From: Paraphysomonas bandaiensis
Lineage: Eukaryota > Protista > Chrysophyceae
Length of the DNA: 64,000 bases
Direction of reading: 5' to 3'
NCBI GenBank assembly: GCA_965644295.1
Contig: CBFFRP010000097.1
Span: 124,001-188,000, forward strand
This document shows, in pieces, positions 62,401 through 64,000 of the stretch; the first letter of the stretch is position 1, and the number at the start of each line of letters is the position of its first letter. The notes beneath the pieces are model-generated. The model was not told the origin of the DNA and did not search any database. It saw nothing but the letters and a program-made list of their open reading frames with translations. The position numbers and the translations under genes are program-made.

Positions 62401-63534
62401 TTGGCAACTTCAGCGTCTCTCCGCTCCCGCCCAGTGTCGCCTTGTCAATACGTTGCCATGTGCCTGCAGAGTATCGGATGCCTGTCTGAGGACGAGGAGT
62501 CGTCGAGGCGTCTTCTACCGGTATTCACTCACCACCTCCTGGAATCTTATGCTCCCCCGCTCTCGGTGCCCACCATTGCCGTTAGCGTATATGCACTACG
62601 TAATCTTACAGTTAGGAACTCACACGATGAGGTTGCACATTTAGCACACGCTCTTAGTTATAGGGTGAGGGAAGCGGGTCGTATTCAGAGCATTGATGGT
62701 AGTAAAGGGCGAGTAGATAGTCTCAGTGTCAGGATATTGGTAATGGGACTTAAGGGACTGAGCAGTGAATTTGCGTGTGTGCGTTCTCTAGTTGATGCTG
62801 TCGCAGAGCTATTAGAGAGCACGGACTATATTAAACAGAAAGACGTAGTAAGCTCGTCAATATCCATGCTTCGACTTCCATATTCTAGTGAGACTTTCAG
62901 CATGCCTTCTCTTTATGGTATGCAGAATCTCGTGAGCGAGCACGAAGAAGTACGCCGCTTGATGCAGGCAGTAAATGTAGTTCTTAGGAGTGAGGATACT
63001 GTTGCATTTTCAGGAGCACAAGAAATAGCCATGATGCTGTACGGTATGAAAGGGATGTCTTCGCACCACAAAGAGACGCTAGCGTTAGTCACCACTGTTT
63101 GTGAGATGTTACGCAAAACAGGCCCTTGTCAATTCAGTGCGCAAGAAGTCGCAATGTGTTTTTACGGATTGCAGAGCATGAGCAGTGACAGTAGAGAGGT
63201 TAGGACACTTTTAGAGGCAATCACAGAAAAAATTAAACCTGATGATGAGGATATTCTTTATAGCCATAGCAACAGAAGTTGTGGAAGTGTTATGGATGCC
63301 CAGGCAATTGGAATGAGTTTATATGGTCTCCAGAATATGAGGAGTGACAACATTGAGGTTCGAAATGCACTTGTAGCGATTGCAGATAGGATTAGTGAAT
63401 CATCTAGCCACATTTGTTTATCATCGCACGAGAGGACGCTAGCCATGCGGGGATTGCAGAACTTGTCAATGGACTACGCATGTGTGAAGGAGCTCTATGA
63501 TATAGTTGACCATTTGTCGAGCTCTTCCCAATAG
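59458..63534 (+). CDS. Organelle-targeted helical repeat protein with ~27 copies of a ~40-aa OPR-like repeat
   Basis: Intronless, 1358 aa; presequence-like MLRLAFRVSFRRNIRS; repeat consensus AQxVAMxLYGLQNMSSDHxEVRxLLxALAxxL. Confidence 0.85.
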   Translation: MLRLAFRVSFRRNIRSQGLALCGVASAEPTAPIASVGLNKNVASLESLLQTDVKNIKANDISAVLATSTHQSISLSSNQIRLLMRSIRGNAENFPTHATTSILYGMRNHSSDIKDVRELISAVSEHLERDSSLFSAAEICRCVAGMQHFSSKYVEVRQLLRILVSRYDSSVSNSDTRVEISDISGLFSGIGGMSTDHSEVRDLLSGVVIPCVADSSLPPAIIMQGMYGMRRMSSTHSETRSLLGALLASVDNSVDSAINARDIARALHGLQGTTCRDGSGLEVSGALEQLSKWLGVAKGFMSHKDIAAGLRGLQRMSSTDHSAVGEFVEVLARHISESPKETWYPRSISVALYTIRNLDSRNTSVERLHESLAEAFSFGATAKDSKGLKWNERDAGIAIAGAKGIVERTSGIQCMGTKKLLTALSLRTKGFQDQPESGDGGKALVDLNSLLSSHLSTNTMDPCMTLNRLRDTRTPTRVALQTVQSTLPALRDTEKLSGSQITAALNGLQNLDGGSPAVREVVRILAERLQTLLSETEEVILSSQDMGLCFHGLRNMTSDYVEVRAMVSALAQVLALQGTQKKDGMKWVLTTPSIQSAFNMLHHMRSDHKEVRMFMAALRTHLVYAASLSTFTKGPGLRIGRVMTCLQNMTTAHAETRALVSALCDALPPPAPMLNREAAMAARGLVGMTTTHREVRRLVGVLAAHMSEPITHVTDVLTEKDFTLFLSGIKGLETSHSETRQLLHLFAQRVSNNSTTYSWQSVVKSVYGLQNMSSDCSEVRALLKVIADKLRADNAREIHPNDVVRDRDLDAQAVGMCLYGLQNMSSEHVEVRNLLSGVLQHIARRENNLIFTPQSLTMAMYGLQCMGSGHKEVVDIVGILASGFRRMLNDPDRNELDWRHVATVLYGLKGMSSDPPQVKAVLASVIQLMSRLEKRNLSPEIRDIAMCLTGLQSMSTTSIEVRDLFVSLVGLLSSTQITSASLATSASLRSRPVSPCQYVAMCLQSIGCLSEDEESSRRLLPVFTHHLLESYAPPLSVPTIAVSVYALRNLTVRNSHDEVAHLAHALSYRVREAGRIQSIDGSKGRVDSLSVRILVMGLKGLSSEFACVRSLVDAVAELLESTDYIKQKDVVSSSISMLRLPYSSETFSMPSLYGMQNLVSEHEEVRRLMQAVNVVLRSEDTVAFSGAQEIAMMLYGMKGMSSHHKETLALVTTVCEMLRKTGPCQFSAQEVAMCFYGLQSMSSDSREVRTLLEAITEKIKPDDEDILYSHSNRSCGSVMDAQAIGMSLYGLQNMRSDNIEVRNALVAIADRISESSSHICLSSHERTLAMRGLQNLSMDYACVKELYDIVDHLSSSSQ

Positions 63535-64000
63535 AAAATATATCAATAGAAATATTTTAGGTTTAAACTATATTCACTAATTTTTAATTTCGGTTAAGTT
63601 TTGAAGGTGGATTTTTCTAGTTTCAACTGGATATGCATCCTCAGGGATGCGATATCGTAATATTTACCTCGTACGATAAATGTAAATGTGCTATATCTAT
63701 TACATATTTTGGTTGTTTGGATATACGTAGTATGTCGTATGTATGTAGGTACTAGGTATATATGACTATTGTAGTATAGCACTATGCCTTCTTAGTAAAT
63801 ATCGGAAGTCTAACCATTCAGCAAACTGCAATTGTCAATACGGAATATTTTTTTTATAGCCACACAGTTTCGCTGCCAAGACATCGCGATATTGATATAT
63901 ATTGCATTGTATTTTAAGCTAGCTGCACAAACTGACAACACAATAGAGTTGCACGAAGAAGTGTTTGTATGGCACAACCACGATCGCACCATCAAGCCAC

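Noticed and set aside
63810-64000. Possible 3' end of a minus-strand gene at the window edge
   Set aside because: Too short; frame and product cannot be determined.
1-64000. CRISPR arrays, operons, rRNA, tRNA and spliceosomal snRNA genes, intact transposases
   Set aside because: The DNA is eukaryotic and intron-containing; no repeat-spacer arrays or hallmark motifs were seen by eye.

Overview
Gene-dense eukaryotic nuclear DNA with many short GT-AG introns (about 40-140 nt). The organism is flagellated (CFAP54) and probably a stramenopile such as a chrysophyte-like ochrophyte; this is inferred from protein families. I can support about 21 protein genes: AP2/PDZ factor, TMEM128, a coiled-coil protein, cytochrome b561, CFAP54, a CBS protein, MTO1, an amino-acid transporter, a choline-oxidase-like GMC enzyme, a stand-alone KIX micro-protein, an IQ protein, CRAL-TRIO, an S1/FCP1/nucleotidyltransferase-like fusion, an RS/K-rich protein, BUD23, two head-to-head MATH paralogs, a glycosyltransferase, a Tim44/MAIP1-like protein, SCCPDH and a 1358-aa helical repeat protein. 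Genes alternate strand almost perfectly (17 of 20 neighbours). Two of the three exceptions contain unexplained + strand structured segments (3748-4027, 47723-48069) that look like unannotated ncRNA genes. All three long (TATG)n arrays lie in head-to-head promoters, whereas a dispersed repeat family and hairpin elements lie at gene 3' ends. All calls are by eye; no searches or folding programs were run.
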